The notes beneath the pieces are model-generated. The model did not search any database and was not told where the DNA came from. It worked only from the letters and a program-made list of their open reading frames with translations. From an uncultured virus (IMG/VR IMGVR_UViG_3300010412_000006) (Duplodnaviria > Heunggongvirae > Uroviricota > Caudoviricetes): 64,000 bases of DNA. The position numbers were made by a program, and so were the translations under genes. The stretch is from the IMG/VR virus record IMGVR_UViG_3300010412_000006; one strand, 5' to 3'. This document shows, piece after piece, positions 9,361 to 18,645 of the stretch; the first letter of the stretch is position 1; every line of letters starts with the position of its first letter.

Positions 9361-12126
9361 ATGAAAATACGCAAGACATCTTCGGTGAAGAACAGGATTG
9401 ATCAGTTTGCCATAACCAATCCGGACATACTGCTTTTCGTCAGGAAGTACGAAGACAAGGTGTTCTGGAGCCAGATGGTTCCTGCCAACGCCTACGAGGG
9501 AGGAAGGGAGAATGCCCAGCAACAGATAAACAGGGCCGCCCACTATCTTCTCACAGACCTGCACAACATGATGAAAGAATCATCGGGGGAAAATGCCTAC
9601 GTGAAGAGCGTTGATCTGGAAAGCGAGGCCATGCAGGCCAACGACAATCCGGACATCGCCGCCGCCGTCGATCAATACAGGGTGAACCCCGACGCCGCCC
9701 AGAGAAAGGTTATGGAAATCATAAACGGCGACAAGAGGGATGCGTTCGAATCGTGGTGGGAATACATGACCGAAACATACGCCGCGAATCATGCATGCTT
9801 TGCATATGTGATGATCGATGCCATCCTGAAGGTGTCGAACGAGAAGGTGACCAATCCTCCCCCTCCAATGAATTCGCATGCGGTTGCGGCGCTCTTCGAT
9901 GATCTTGACGGGAACGACATGAACGTAATGTCGGAATACACGGAAAAGGTCACAAAGGTGTCGAGAGGGGTGAAGAAGAGCTTTTCCGACGGATGGATAA
10001 TGATTCCAGGGCGCGAAAAGTCAGAAGAGAATCCGGAAAAATGGGGCACATTCGAGGAGAACCTGTCGGTATTGCGGACATACGGATCCGCTGGGAAGTG
10101 GTGCATAGGAGGAAAAAAATTCTCCCATGACTACCTTTACGACGGCGATTTCCACATCATGGTTGAAAACGGGCGTCCAATGATAGCCATAAGGCTCAAC
10201 GGAAACGAGCTTGCGGAAATTGACGGAAGGGGAAACGACAAGGGCCTGATCCAGGATTACTGGGAAGAGATAACCAGCTTCCTGCACGCTTCGGACATTG
10301 ACTACGAGGGAAATTCTCAGTACCAGAATCTCCAAGACTTCGTCGAAGAGAACAGTTACTGGGAAGACTATCCAGAAGTGGTTCTATACGACGAGATGAA
10401 GGGATTCAACATCAAATACATCTCCGGCGTCGCCGGCAGAATGTCAAGGGAGAACAAGGAAAAATTCTCAGAAGTATTCGTGAGGGTCATCGAGGATCAC
10501 ATCAAGGCATACAGGAACATCTTTCCGAAGAGAGACATGATGGAGGTCAGAGTGGAAAAGCTCGGCAGTCTTCCGGAAGAGTTTCACAATCTAGTCTACG
10601 GAACAAAGACGCGGGGAAGGTTGCGCGGCACGGATATACTCGACAGGGACATGAACGTGCTGTACTATAAGGGAGCGCCTCAGAGGCCGTTCTACATTCC
10701 CGAGACGGAGCAACCAATATCCGTCGAAGAGGCGTACGGAAGATACATAGAGGGGACCACCGGAGGGAGCGGGAATTTTCTCGACAGGGATCTTGAAAAC
10801 TTCCTGTCGATAATGTCCCAAATTTCCACTGTGCCGAAATTCGTCATGGATAGAATGGACATCGCGTCTGCTCTCGGACCCCTGTCTTTCGAGGCGGCCC
10901 ATTTCGCGGCGAACAAGACATCGGTCAGGAAGATCACATGGGCGAATTACGGGCACATACTGGAAAGGGTTTTCGGCGAGGACGAGTGGAGGGTGATCGT
11001 CGAGGACATGATCGAGCTTCCGGGAAAGTACACCATGAACGGATACAGCTATTCCCTTTTCAAGAAGATGTCGGAAATGTTCGGCAACGAATATCTCAAA
11101 AGGCTCGAAGACGCTGAAAAGAAGTCACTTTACCAGAATGTCGAAGATCTAGAATACATCGCCGTGGAACTGCTAAAGAAATATACCGACTACGAGTCAT
11201 ATTACATCCACAACAGGGAGTATCACGAGGACGAGGAGTGGGGTTTCGACGCTGATGCGTGCCATGCGGATTCGGCAAACGATTGCCGTCCAACGATATC
11301 CGAAATGGCTGCCGACGAGGGAAAGATGCATCTTCTCGCATCGGACGAATATCTAGAAACATACGAGCGCATCAACGGATGGGATGAGACTTTCGAAAAG
11401 AATGCCGACAACTGGGAGATGGCAAGCTACCTCATGGAAAACCACGAGGACAAGATACAGTTCATGTCCACCGGCACGGCCGAGATATTCATAAACAGCA
11501 ATCCAGAACATGCCTATGAAGTCGTGCGTCAACTGGGAGGAGGAGTGAGCTTTCCCCTAAGTTTAAGCGAAGACGCCGTTATCGAACTGGAATCAGGCTT
11601 TCTCGACTCAAGCCTTTGGGACATAGCCGACATAGATTCGGTAGATCTCAGCCTCTTCGACTCCGAATTCATAGAGCGGGCAGTTCTCGGCGATCCGCCA
11701 TACGGTATGACCGTGCCGGAAATAATCCAGAAGATGGACAAGAACTACGTCATAGACGAAGACGTGCTCGACGAGTATTTCAGAGAAAGAGGCGACCGGA
11801 GTGCCATACCGGAACTTGCCGCGACCGGAAACATATCGGTCATGAGATACCTTAAGAACAGGATATCTCCAGCCGACGTGGACATTCACGTCGCTCCGAG
11901 AATGACAGAGGAAGACATGGAAATGGTCAACCGGCCGCAGCAGGATTCCGCCGTCGACAGTAATCAGATGGAGCTTCCCCTGTCGTCGTCCGCAACGTGG
12001 ATGAAGAGAGCAGGATCTGAATTGGCGACACACTTCATGGAAAATGAAAATTCGTGTGCACGCATGACCATCGGAAGCACATGGCTTTCAAGGGCCATCG
12101 TTTCAGAACCGCTTTCGGAAGACTGA
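9361..12126 (+). CDS. Large hypothetical protein with 'KWC' (PcfJ-like) domain
   Basis: 921 aa; GKWCIGG...YLYDGDFHI...PMIAIRLNG.ELAEIDGRGN. Confidence 0.6.
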   Translation: MKIRKTSSVKNRIDQFAITNPDILLFVRKYEDKVFWSQMVPANAYEGGRENAQQQINRAAHYLLTDLHNMMKESSGENAYVKSVDLESEAMQANDNPDIAAAVDQYRVNPDAAQRKVMEIINGDKRDAFESWWEYMTETYAANHACFAYVMIDAILKVSNEKVTNPPPPMNSHAVAALFDDLDGNDMNVMSEYTEKVTKVSRGVKKSFSDGWIMIPGREKSEENPEKWGTFEENLSVLRTYGSAGKWCIGGKKFSHDYLYDGDFHIMVENGRPMIAIRLNGNELAEIDGRGNDKGLIQDYWEEITSFLHASDIDYEGNSQYQNLQDFVEENSYWEDYPEVVLYDEMKGFNIKYISGVAGRMSRENKEKFSEVFVRVIEDHIKAYRNIFPKRDMMEVRVEKLGSLPEEFHNLVYGTKTRGRLRGTDILDRDMNVLYYKGAPQRPFYIPETEQPISVEEAYGRYIEGTTGGSGNFLDRDLENFLSIMSQISTVPKFVMDRMDIASALGPLSFEAAHFAANKTSVRKITWANYGHILERVFGEDEWRVIVEDMIELPGKYTMNGYSYSLFKKMSEMFGNEYLKRLEDAEKKSLYQNVEDLEYIAVELLKKYTDYESYYIHNREYHEDEEWGFDADACHADSANDCRPTISEMAADEGKMHLLASDEYLETYERINGWDETFEKNADNWEMASYLMENHEDKIQFMSTGTAEIFINSNPEHAYEVVRQLGGGVSFPLSLSEDAVIELESGFLDSSLWDIADIDSVDLSLFDSEFIERAVLGDPPYGMTVPEIIQKMDKNYVIDEDVLDEYFRERGDRSAIPELAATGNISVMRYLKNRISPADVDIHVAPRMTEEDMEMVNRPQQDSAVDSNQMELPLSSSATWMKRAGSELATHFMENENSCARMTIGSTWLSRAIVSEPLSED

Positions 12127-12141
12127 CGCACACGGTGTCGC

Positions 12142-12170
12142 AGGGATGTGTCACGAGCACATGGTATAAT
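12142..12170 (+). promoter_or_regulatory. AGG-N19-GTA candidate promoter
   Basis: AGG(12142)-19 nt-GTATAAT upstream of 12212. Confidence 0.6.
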
Positions 12171-12211
12171 AATAATATGATCGATAATTTTTAATAAGTG
12201 TCCAGGAGATA

Positions 12212-13288
12212 TTGACGATGGAATTCACACCGAGCGTGCCGATATATTCGGCAGATGAAAAATACAGGTCATCCCTCCAGTCTTTGGTCAAGAGCAACAG
12301 GGGAAGATGGAAGTCGGACAGGCAAAAGGATTTCCTGTCTGGAGTTCTGACGTCATGGGAAGGAGATCCGAACAGGGATGTCCCGTTCCCCGTCAATCCT
12401 CCTGACGGAACGGAATACGCCGTATGGTTTACCATGTACAGCAACATGTACGGAAACAGGTACCACGAAATTTTCTGGATGGACGACGATGGAGTCGTCG
12501 GCACCAACAGGGTCGTCGAACCGACCGGAGTCAAGTCCAGGGACAGGGCAAGAAGACTAGGATGGAAAGTCCAGCAGGGATGGAGAAGGGACTCTGCCGA
12601 CAGTTCCTCGTCATTCAAGGATTTCGTCATGAACGCCGAGGAAGGTGTCGTCCTGCAGTTCCCCGAAGGAATGAAAAACCCCTATAAGGACGCCAAGATG
12701 GTCGGACGCGGTCCGTACTACGCAAACGAGATGGCCCTGGACGAGAACGGCAACGCACTTAAGACGCTGATATTCGACAATTTCGGAAATTTTGTGGTCC
12801 AAGGGCCAAAAAGGGGAGGCTATCCGATTTTCCGGGAACTATGGGGAGAGAACTTTTCCGAGCACAGGGAAGAGATAGAAGAGGCACTGCGGGGAAGGAC
12901 GCCGCAAGAAATACTTGAAGAATCCATTTCGAACATTCCAAGATTGCAAGCCGTACACGCCCCACAGGAAGTCATGGATTATTTCCAAGGAAGGACGCCG
13001 ACATACAGAAACATGGAGCTTCCTGGAAATGACTTTATAGACATCATAATTGACAGCGCCGGCGACATGGTAATACTGCCTGGAGACAATAGCAACCTCA
13101 GCGTGTACACTCTCAAGGACATCCTCAGGAAGATGGTAATGAACGGCAGTACCATAAGGTCTCAAGAGGTAATGCTCGAGGGCATATCGGAGATGACCTC
13201 GCAGGCCTCCTCATCGATCAATAATAAGTTTGCTGAGATATCTTTCGATCCGAGCACAATAGCAAATATCATAGGCGACAGGGAATGA
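12212..13288 (+). CDS. Hypothetical protein
   Basis: 358-aa ORF with AGGAG RBS; start may be the ATG at 12218. Confidence 0.7.
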   Translation: MTMEFTPSVPIYSADEKYRSSLQSLVKSNRGRWKSDRQKDFLSGVLTSWEGDPNRDVPFPVNPPDGTEYAVWFTMYSNMYGNRYHEIFWMDDDGVVGTNRVVEPTGVKSRDRARRLGWKVQQGWRRDSADSSSSFKDFVMNAEEGVVLQFPEGMKNPYKDAKMVGRGPYYANEMALDENGNALKTLIFDNFGNFVVQGPKRGGYPIFRELWGENFSEHREEIEEALRGRTPQEILEESISNIPRLQAVHAPQEVMDYFQGRTPTYRNMELPGNDFIDIIIDSAGDMVILPGDNSNLSVYTLKDILRKMVMNGSTIRSQEVMLEGISEMTSQASSSINNKFAEISFDPSTIANIIGDRE

Positions 13289-13431
13289 ACATGGGATCAG
13301 ATATTGTCTTTAAGTGTCCGTCGTGCGGATCCAATAAGGTCAGGGTGGTCCAGACGACACAGGGAACGATGGTGAACACGCATTATCTCCAGTGCATGGA
13401 GTGCGACCACCACTGGGTGAAGAGGCGCTGA
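13285..13431 (+). CDS. Small zinc-ribbon protein (TFIIS/Ogr-like CxxC...CxxC)
   Basis: 48 aa, below the ORF-track cutoff: MNMGSDIVFKCPSCGSNKVRVVQTTQGTMVNTHYLQCMECDHHWVKRR; ATGA overlap upstream and 1-nt gap to the next gene. Confidence 0.75.
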   Translation: MNMGSDIVFKCPSCGSNKVRVVQTTQGTMVNTHYLQCMECDHHWVKRR

Positions 13432-13432
13432 C

Positions 13433-14026
13433 ATGAAAAGGAACGTGATAATCCCAAGCGGTGACAATCTCATACAGACAGGCATGTTCAAAAAGGCATG
13501 GGAGGACTTCGACGATCTCTTTCCAGAAGATGACACCGGCACGATATCTCCTGAGAACGAGGACTTTGCAAGAAGCCTGAGATACGACAAGAGAATCAAA
13601 GAGCGTAAGAAAAACAAGGCGGAAAAGGGTGATCCGGACGGCATTCCGTATGGTGCGGACAAGTGGAGTGACGATGAAAAATCTAAGTTCCTCGCAGATA
13701 AGCTCAACAACATGACCCTGAGATGGCCGCCGATGCCGTTCGGAACAGGAGACCTATGGGGAAAACTCGAGTTTTCGCGAGACATAGGAAACGGCATACG
13801 CATAGAAAGGGACGGATATGAAAACACCAAGCCGCACAAGCTCATCAAAATGACAATCTACGACAGGAACGGATTCTTGAACGGGGCATCGGTTGGAATA
13901 TCTCCCGCAAGTGATTCCATGGGATCGACAGTAATGACCGTCAGAGACGGCAGGGGAGAACTGACGATGGAATACGAATACGGAATGGCCAAGCCGAAAT
14001 TCATCCCCGTCTCAAAAAAAGACTGA
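13433..14026 (+). CDS. Hypothetical protein
   Basis: 197 aa; leader MKRNVIIPSGDNLI...KKA resembles those of 5512 and 15723-16142. Confidence 0.7.
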   Translation: MKRNVIIPSGDNLIQTGMFKKAWEDFDDLFPEDDTGTISPENEDFARSLRYDKRIKERKKNKAEKGDPDGIPYGADKWSDDEKSKFLADKLNNMTLRWPPMPFGTGDLWGKLEFSRDIGNGIRIERDGYENTKPHKLIKMTIYDRNGFLNGASVGISPASDSMGSTVMTVRDGRGELTMEYEYGMAKPKFIPVSKKD

Positions 14027-14039
14027 CGGGAGATCCGAC

Positions 14040-14381
14040 ATGATATTCAAGGACATCAGGATGACGGTAAGGGTACACGACTGGAGTTACTTGAAGTCAA
14101 TTGGACGCGAGTCTGACGGCCACATAATGTTCGGGCCCATACCGAGCCTTCCCGAAATACCGGACTGCCATGGATATGCCGTACCATCCTCATGGAAAGA
14201 CTCAGTGTGCGGAAAGGACATGGAAGTATGGGCCACCGCAAAGGAAGGGTGGTTCTGCCGCACAGAAACGGGAGAGCCGGTGCACGGAAGGTGGATAGAC
14301 TGGAAACTAAGCGACCATATTCCCGATTCGTGGAAAAACGCGGAGAAAGACAGTTCCGGATTCAAGGTGGCGCCGAGATGA
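14040..14381 (+). CDS. Hypothetical Trp-rich protein
   Basis: 113-aa ORF in operon; GGGAG RBS. Confidence 0.6.
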   Translation: MIFKDIRMTVRVHDWSYLKSIGRESDGHIMFGPIPSLPEIPDCHGYAVPSSWKDSVCGKDMEVWATAKEGWFCRTETGEPVHGRWIDWKLSDHIPDSWKNAEKDSSGFKVAPR

Positions 14382-14403
14382 AGAGAAGACAATACGGAGG
14401 CGA

Positions 14404-14619
14404 ATGAGAATGGAAGAACAGGAATACGATCTGCAACTGTACAAGGGAAAGAACGGATACAGATGGCGCTTCATGATAAACGGCGACATCAAGTGCGTAG
14501 GAACGGACTGGAAGAAATCCATGAAGGAGGCATTTGACGATGCCGCAAACATTCTCGACAACGTATGGAACATAGGTGAGTTTCCAGGAAACGAAGACGG
14601 CGACGAAGGCCGTGGCTAG
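14404..14619 (+). CDS. Small protein, possibly DUF1508/YegP-like
   Basis: LQLYKGKNGYRWRFMINGDI pattern; GGAGG RBS. Confidence 0.45.
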   Translation: MRMEEQEYDLQLYKGKNGYRWRFMINGDIKCVGTDWKKSMKEAFDDAANILDNVWNIGEFPGNEDGDEGRG

Positions 14620-15713
14620 GCTATTTCCTTGAGCAGGGCGTTGAACGCACTTTCCCATTTTTTGTGATTGCTGTCGTAGAGCCATTCTACCCTGAGGGCT
14701 TTTGCGGCCATGTCGGCAAGACTTTTTCTTTCTGCCCCCATCCACGGTGAGCCGCCGCCGTACATTATGTCCTTCACGAGCTGCCTCTTCTGTGTCTGGG
14801 ACAGCCCTTCGGCCGCCCTTCTGGCATAGACCAGAGATCCGGAAACCATTGCGGAAAATTCACGGTCGTCAAGAACTCTTTTGACGATCTCACGATCGCC
14901 CATTTCCTCGTCAAGCCTCTTTTGGTCGACAGTGCCGTCCCTCATCTCCTTGGAAGGCGTGCCGTACGACCATCCAGCGATATTGCCGTTTTCGTCAAGA
15001 CCGTGAAGTGCCGTGTTCATGAGATACTGGCAGAAATGGACCAGTTCGTGATCGAGCGACGATTCCAGAGCCCCTCTCGACTTCATGGACTTAACGCCAA
15101 GTTCGATGGCGGGTCTCCCGTCTGTCATCATTCCCGCCCTTGTCTTCATGGAGTTCGGATCGGCCGTGACGATGAGTATGGAAAATGAATTGAGGTATTT
15201 TTCGTTATGGGGATTCTGAAGGACTATCCTTCGATAAGCGTCCTCGTGTTGCCATCCGTTGAGATCAAGGGGGATTTCCGCCTGCGCCGGCATGGTATTG
15301 GAAACCCCTATTCCATCTCTTTCGGCCTTCCCGTAGATCGCCAAGATCTCCTCTAGCAGAGACTGTATCTCATGATAGCTTTCGGACAGGTCCATGCCTT
15401 TTTTTGTGTTGATGAAATCCTCTCCGCCGTTTTCAGCGAATGTCTCCTCTATCCCTTCCATCTCGTCGACGATCATCTCGGAGATATCCTCCTTCGACGC
15501 CCCTTTGTCGATCATGGACACGGCAAGCCACCCTACGCTGGAAGACATGCTACCGCTCATCATTTCGACGCTTGACCTTATCATGCTGTAGAAGTGCCAT
15601 GGCCTGTATATCCCGTCAAGCCATTCCATTATGGATCTCTTCATGTTCGGCGGAGGAGATATTGCCGCCGCGAATTTTTCCATGGACAGTGCGTTGTCGA
15701 ACCAAGATGCCAT
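14616..15713 (-). CDS. Zincin-like metallopeptidase domain protein
   Basis: LDHELVHFCQY plus downstream DDREFSA; leader MASWFDNALSMEKFAAA. Confidence 0.65.
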   Translation of the reverse strand: MASWFDNALSMEKFAAAISPPPNMKRSIMEWLDGIYRPWHFYSMIRSSVEMMSGSMSSSVGWLAVSMIDKGASKEDISEMIVDEMEGIEETFAENGGEDFINTKKGMDLSESYHEIQSLLEEILAIYGKAERDGIGVSNTMPAQAEIPLDLNGWQHEDAYRRIVLQNPHNEKYLNSFSILIVTADPNSMKTRAGMMTDGRPAIELGVKSMKSRGALESSLDHELVHFCQYLMNTALHGLDENGNIAGWSYGTPSKEMRDGTVDQKRLDEEMGDREIVKRVLDDREFSAMVSGSLVYARRAAEGLSQTQKRQLVKDIMYGGGSPWMGAERKSLADMAAKALRVEWLYDSNHKKWESAFNALLKEIA

Positions 15714-15722
15714 TTCGATTCT

Positions 15723-16142
15723 CTACCGGTCGGTCATGTCCAGCCCTGGTGCCCCAAAAAGATTGTCGTTCTCACCGAGACCGCGATTCTTTTTTTCGAG
15801 AGCTTCCATTTCCGAAAAGGCCTCTTCCCCAATGATCTTCCTGGCTTTCTCCACCAGTGAGTCAAACCTGCCGCGCATATCTGGTGTCGGGCCATTCTCC
15901 TTGTATTCCGCAAAAAGTTTCTTGAGATCGTTGATTACCTGATCTATGGGGTCAAGGCCAATCTGGCGACGTGCATCCTCTGCGAGATTCTGCCACCCGT
16001 TATCATCCTTGGCCGGCGGTTTTTGAGCCATCTCGCGGCGAGCGTCTTCTAAGAGATTGTCCCACCCGTTATTGGCTTTTTTTGCTATTCCAGGGACAAT
16101 GATCAGATTGCTCATGTCAGGAACTATGTCATTTTTTTTCAT
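15723..16142 (-). CDS. Hypothetical protein with internal duplication
   Basis: VPDMSNLI leader; repeat NNGWDNLLEDARR / DNGWQNLAEDARR. Confidence 0.7.
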   Translation of the reverse strand: MKKNDIVPDMSNLIIVPGIAKKANNGWDNLLEDARREMAQKPPAKDDNGWQNLAEDARRQIGLDPIDQVINDLKKLFAEYKENGPTPDMRGRFDSLVEKARKIIGEEAFSEMEALEKKNRGLGENDNLFGAPGLDMTDR

Positions 16143-16179
16143 CTTTCTGTCTCCAGATGTTCATGATTAAAGTATTTAT

Positions 16180-16209
16180 GGTTATTCCTTGCGGATTATC
16201 AAGTTCCCT
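16180..16209 (-). promoter_or_regulatory. AGG-N19-GAA candidate promoter
   Basis: Minus strand AGG(16209-16207)-19 nt-GAATAAC upstream of 16142. Confidence 0.5.
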
Positions 16210-16415
16210 TCCCTGAACATGTCCTTCAGGTGTCTTGCGAAGGTGTCGGCCTTGCTCTTCTCTATCATGACGCATTTCTGAAGGCCGTCAAACGAGGTAG
16301 TGAATCCGGTGGATTCCTTGGTTGCCAGGCCGTTTACCGTCTTGACCCATGCCTCGTCCCTGTCATGGGGGGTGAATCTCTCTCCGGCGGCAATTTTGCA
16401 GTATGTGGTGATCAT
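16182..16415 (-). CDS. Hypothetical protein
   Basis: 77-aa ORF; AAGGA RBS. Confidence 0.6.
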   Translation of the reverse strand: MITTYCKIAAGERFTPHDRDEAWVKTVNGLATKESTGFTTSFDGLQKCVMIEKSKADTFARHLKDMFREGNLIIRKE

Positions 16416-16446
16416 TCCGCGACATCCTTTTTTGTTTAAGGATATT

Positions 16447-16791
16447 CTACAACGGACTGCGTCTGTCGGACGGTATGATTATGGTATTGTTGTCGCTTGC
16501 GGTGACCCACGGTTCTATGGCGTTTGGGAGAATGAGCTTTCTCTTCTTGGCATCAAGAAGATTGCTCCTCTCTCCAAGTTCCTCGTATTCCTTCAGCTGA
16601 TCTGGCGAGAGAACCGACGTCGTTCCGTTGGAATGGACTATCGAAACGAGCTCGCTTAGTCTCTTGATCTCTTCTTCGGTAAGCGGTTCGGGTTCGCTCT
16701 TGTCGACTTCGTACCTGTCGTAGTTTCTCTGTTCGGTAAATCTTCCGAGGATCATGATCGGCTGGCTCTCGCCCATTACGAATAGTTTCAC
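16447..16791 (-). CDS. Hypothetical protein
   Basis: Start moved to the GTG at 16791 following GGAGG, which avoids overlap with the upstream gene. Confidence 0.55.
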   Translation of the reverse strand: MKLFVMGESQPIMILGRFTEQRNYDRYEVDKSEPEPLTEEEIKRLSELVSIVHSNGTTSVLSPDQLKEYEELGERSNLLDAKKRKLILPNAIEPWVTASDNNTIIIPSDRRSPL

Positions 16792-16804
16792 GGCATCCCT
16801 CCGG

Positions 16805-17143
16805 CTAGACTTTCCAGTCCATCCTAACCATTTTTGGACCCTTGTCCCATTTTTCATCAAAAATGAATCTGGACGACCTGTCGCCGTCTCTCGACATCTT
16901 GATGCACCCCCCTGAGGGAAGCCTTTCTTCCGACACCTCGCCAACGCTGGATACGGCAAATACGCATATGGCGTTCATGGCGCCGCGCTTCTTGATGATG
17001 GCCTCTATCTCAGCAACGGATGGTATCGGCATGAGCAGCGGTATGGCGATGTACATTACGGAAGGAAGATACTCAACATCGTCACCTCCGAGTATCTCGA
17101 AGGATACGGAAAGTAGAGTATATCTTCTTTTTCCCTTTTTCAT
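16805..17143 (-). CDS. Hypothetical protein
   Basis: Start MKKGKRR overlaps the upstream stop (ATGA). Confidence 0.55.
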   Translation of the reverse strand: MKKGKRRYTLLSVSFEILGGDDVEYLPSVMYIAIPLLMPIPSVAEIEAIIKKRGAMNAICVFAVSSVGEVSEERLPSGGCIKMSRDGDRSSRFIFDEKWDKGPKMVRMDWKV

Positions 17144-17775
17144 TTTTCCTTGAACTCTTCCCACCAGTTCTTGTCCCTGTCCTCTCTCTGCTTTCTTATC
17201 CTCAGAGGGACGGTTTCAGTGTCGTCCTTCATGTCTATGGGCGGATTGACTTTCGAGACGTTGGGATCCTGCTTCCTCACTTCTATCGGGGAGGTTCTGG
17301 GATTGGCGTCGGTATTCCTCACCGGCTCCCTGGCTCTTGGAGACTCCGTGACCGCTGGCCGAGGACGATCCCCTATGCTGATTTGCTGTGGCCTCTTCGA
17401 AGTGTCCTTCAGCATTATCATCTCCTCTTCGACTGGCCATGCTATCGGGAGGTCTTTCCTGCCGTGCATCTCCCTTATCTTCTTTTCCTTTTCCCTGAGG
17501 ATGCGTTCCCTTTCCCTCCTCTCGTCAATGATTTTCTTCTTTTCGTCGTCTATGATCGGATGCTCCTCTTCGGCTATCGCCCTGAATATGGCGTCCCTGA
17601 ACCCCTCCGCCCCGAGATGTTCCCTTATCTGGTGAAGCTGTTCTGCCAGTTCTGGAGACAGGCTGTCGAGAAATTCCTTGGCGAGCCTGACGCCTTCGTC
17701 GGGATCGCTGACGGGATTTCCTGCGATTCTTATGTACTCTATGAGGGCCATGTCCGATGATTTGAGTATTCTCAT
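17140..17775 (-). CDS. Hypothetical protein (charged, coiled-coil)
   Basis: 211 aa; leader MRILKSS; GAGG RBS. Confidence 0.7.
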   Translation of the reverse strand: MRILKSSDMALIEYIRIAGNPVSDPDEGVRLAKEFLDSLSPELAEQLHQIREHLGAEGFRDAIFRAIAEEEHPIIDDEKKKIIDERRERERILREKEKKIREMHGRKDLPIAWPVEEEMIMLKDTSKRPQQISIGDRPRPAVTESPRAREPVRNTDANPRTSPIEVRKQDPNVSKVNPPIDMKDDTETVPLRIRKQREDRDKNWWEEFKEK

Positions 17776-17776
17776 T

Positions 17777-18415
17777 CTATACCTCGCTTCGATAGAGATC
17801 CAGTTGATTTCTGACGATGTCCTTCACTCCCTCTTCCTTCTCGTTGTAGGACTCCGTATCTGAGACGTAGCGTTCAAGTATCTGGACGGGATCTCCTGTC
17901 TCGGTGTCTATGTTCTTCATCTTAAGAACGGGCTTTAGGGCGTCCATAATTCCCTGCGGGACAAGGGTTATTGGCATCTGGCCGTCTGAGGCTCCTGATA
18001 TTATTGTTTCGACGATTGTGTTTTCAGCATCGAATATGGCCCTCTCGATGGATCCCCTCGGCTGGTCGGCCCCCTCGTACTGTGCCTGGTCGGGGTGGAT
18101 GTCCATCTCCTGATCGATATGGTCGTCGATCTCGAATCTTTCTGGCTCTTCCGTGGCGGTGTCCTCGGCGGAATCGTCTTCCGTTGCAATGCCGTCCTCG
18201 TCGTCGAACCCGGCAGTCCTTCCGATATGCTCCCAGCCTGCCCTGTTCATGATGATTCTCTTATGTCCCGACGCATCCTCCGAAAGTCTTATGCTTATTT
18301 CAGACGCCTCCTTCACGGACCTTCCTGTCCACCCCATCTCATCGCCGTATGTCTTCCACTCACTTCTGGTGCATACCAGTCTGGTGCTGCCGTCGCTGGA
18401 AATATCTATTCTCAT
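17777..18415 (-). CDS. Hypothetical protein with duplicated W-x-x-[YI]-G-x-x-x-G-[WF] motif
   Basis: TRSEWKTYGDEMGW and NRAGWEHIGRTAGF flank KEAS; acidic C-terminal half. Confidence 0.7.
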   Translation of the reverse strand: MRIDISSDGSTRLVCTRSEWKTYGDEMGWTGRSVKEASEISIRLSEDASGHKRIIMNRAGWEHIGRTAGFDDEDGIATEDDSAEDTATEEPERFEIDDHIDQEMDIHPDQAQYEGADQPRGSIERAIFDAENTIVETIISGASDGQMPITLVPQGIMDALKPVLKMKNIDTETGDPVQILERYVSDTESYNEKEEGVKDIVRNQLDLYRSEV

Positions 18416-18445
18416 GAAACAGTCTCCGCCTTGTTGTCTTGAGAT

Positions 18446-18491
18446 TATTATGTGTCAACTTGATTCTTCAGTCAACACAAGCAACAATCCT
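18446..18491 (-). promoter_or_regulatory. Overlapping AGG-N19-GAA and sigma70-like promoters
   Basis: Minus strand AGG(18491-18489)-19 nt-GAAGAAT, and TTGACT-17 nt-CATAAT. Confidence 0.55.
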
Positions 18492-18578
18492 CTATTTTTT
18501 GTGATCGCGTCATTGCGTTGTAAAATAATACCTACGGGAATATTATACAAGAAAAATCGTCGTGCCTGCCGGCACGAC

Positions 18579-18606
18579 TTGACTTTGACGAAAAAGTGGG
18601 TATATT
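18579..18606 (+). promoter_or_regulatory. Sigma70-like promoter for the vWA gene
   Basis: TTGACT-16 nt-TATATT, preceded by hairpin GTCGTGCC-tgcc-GGCACGAC (18559-18578); AAGGAG RBS downstream. Confidence 0.6.
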
Positions 18607-18645
18607 AAGATTGGTTGAACTTACAATAGTAAAAGGAGAGAAAAA

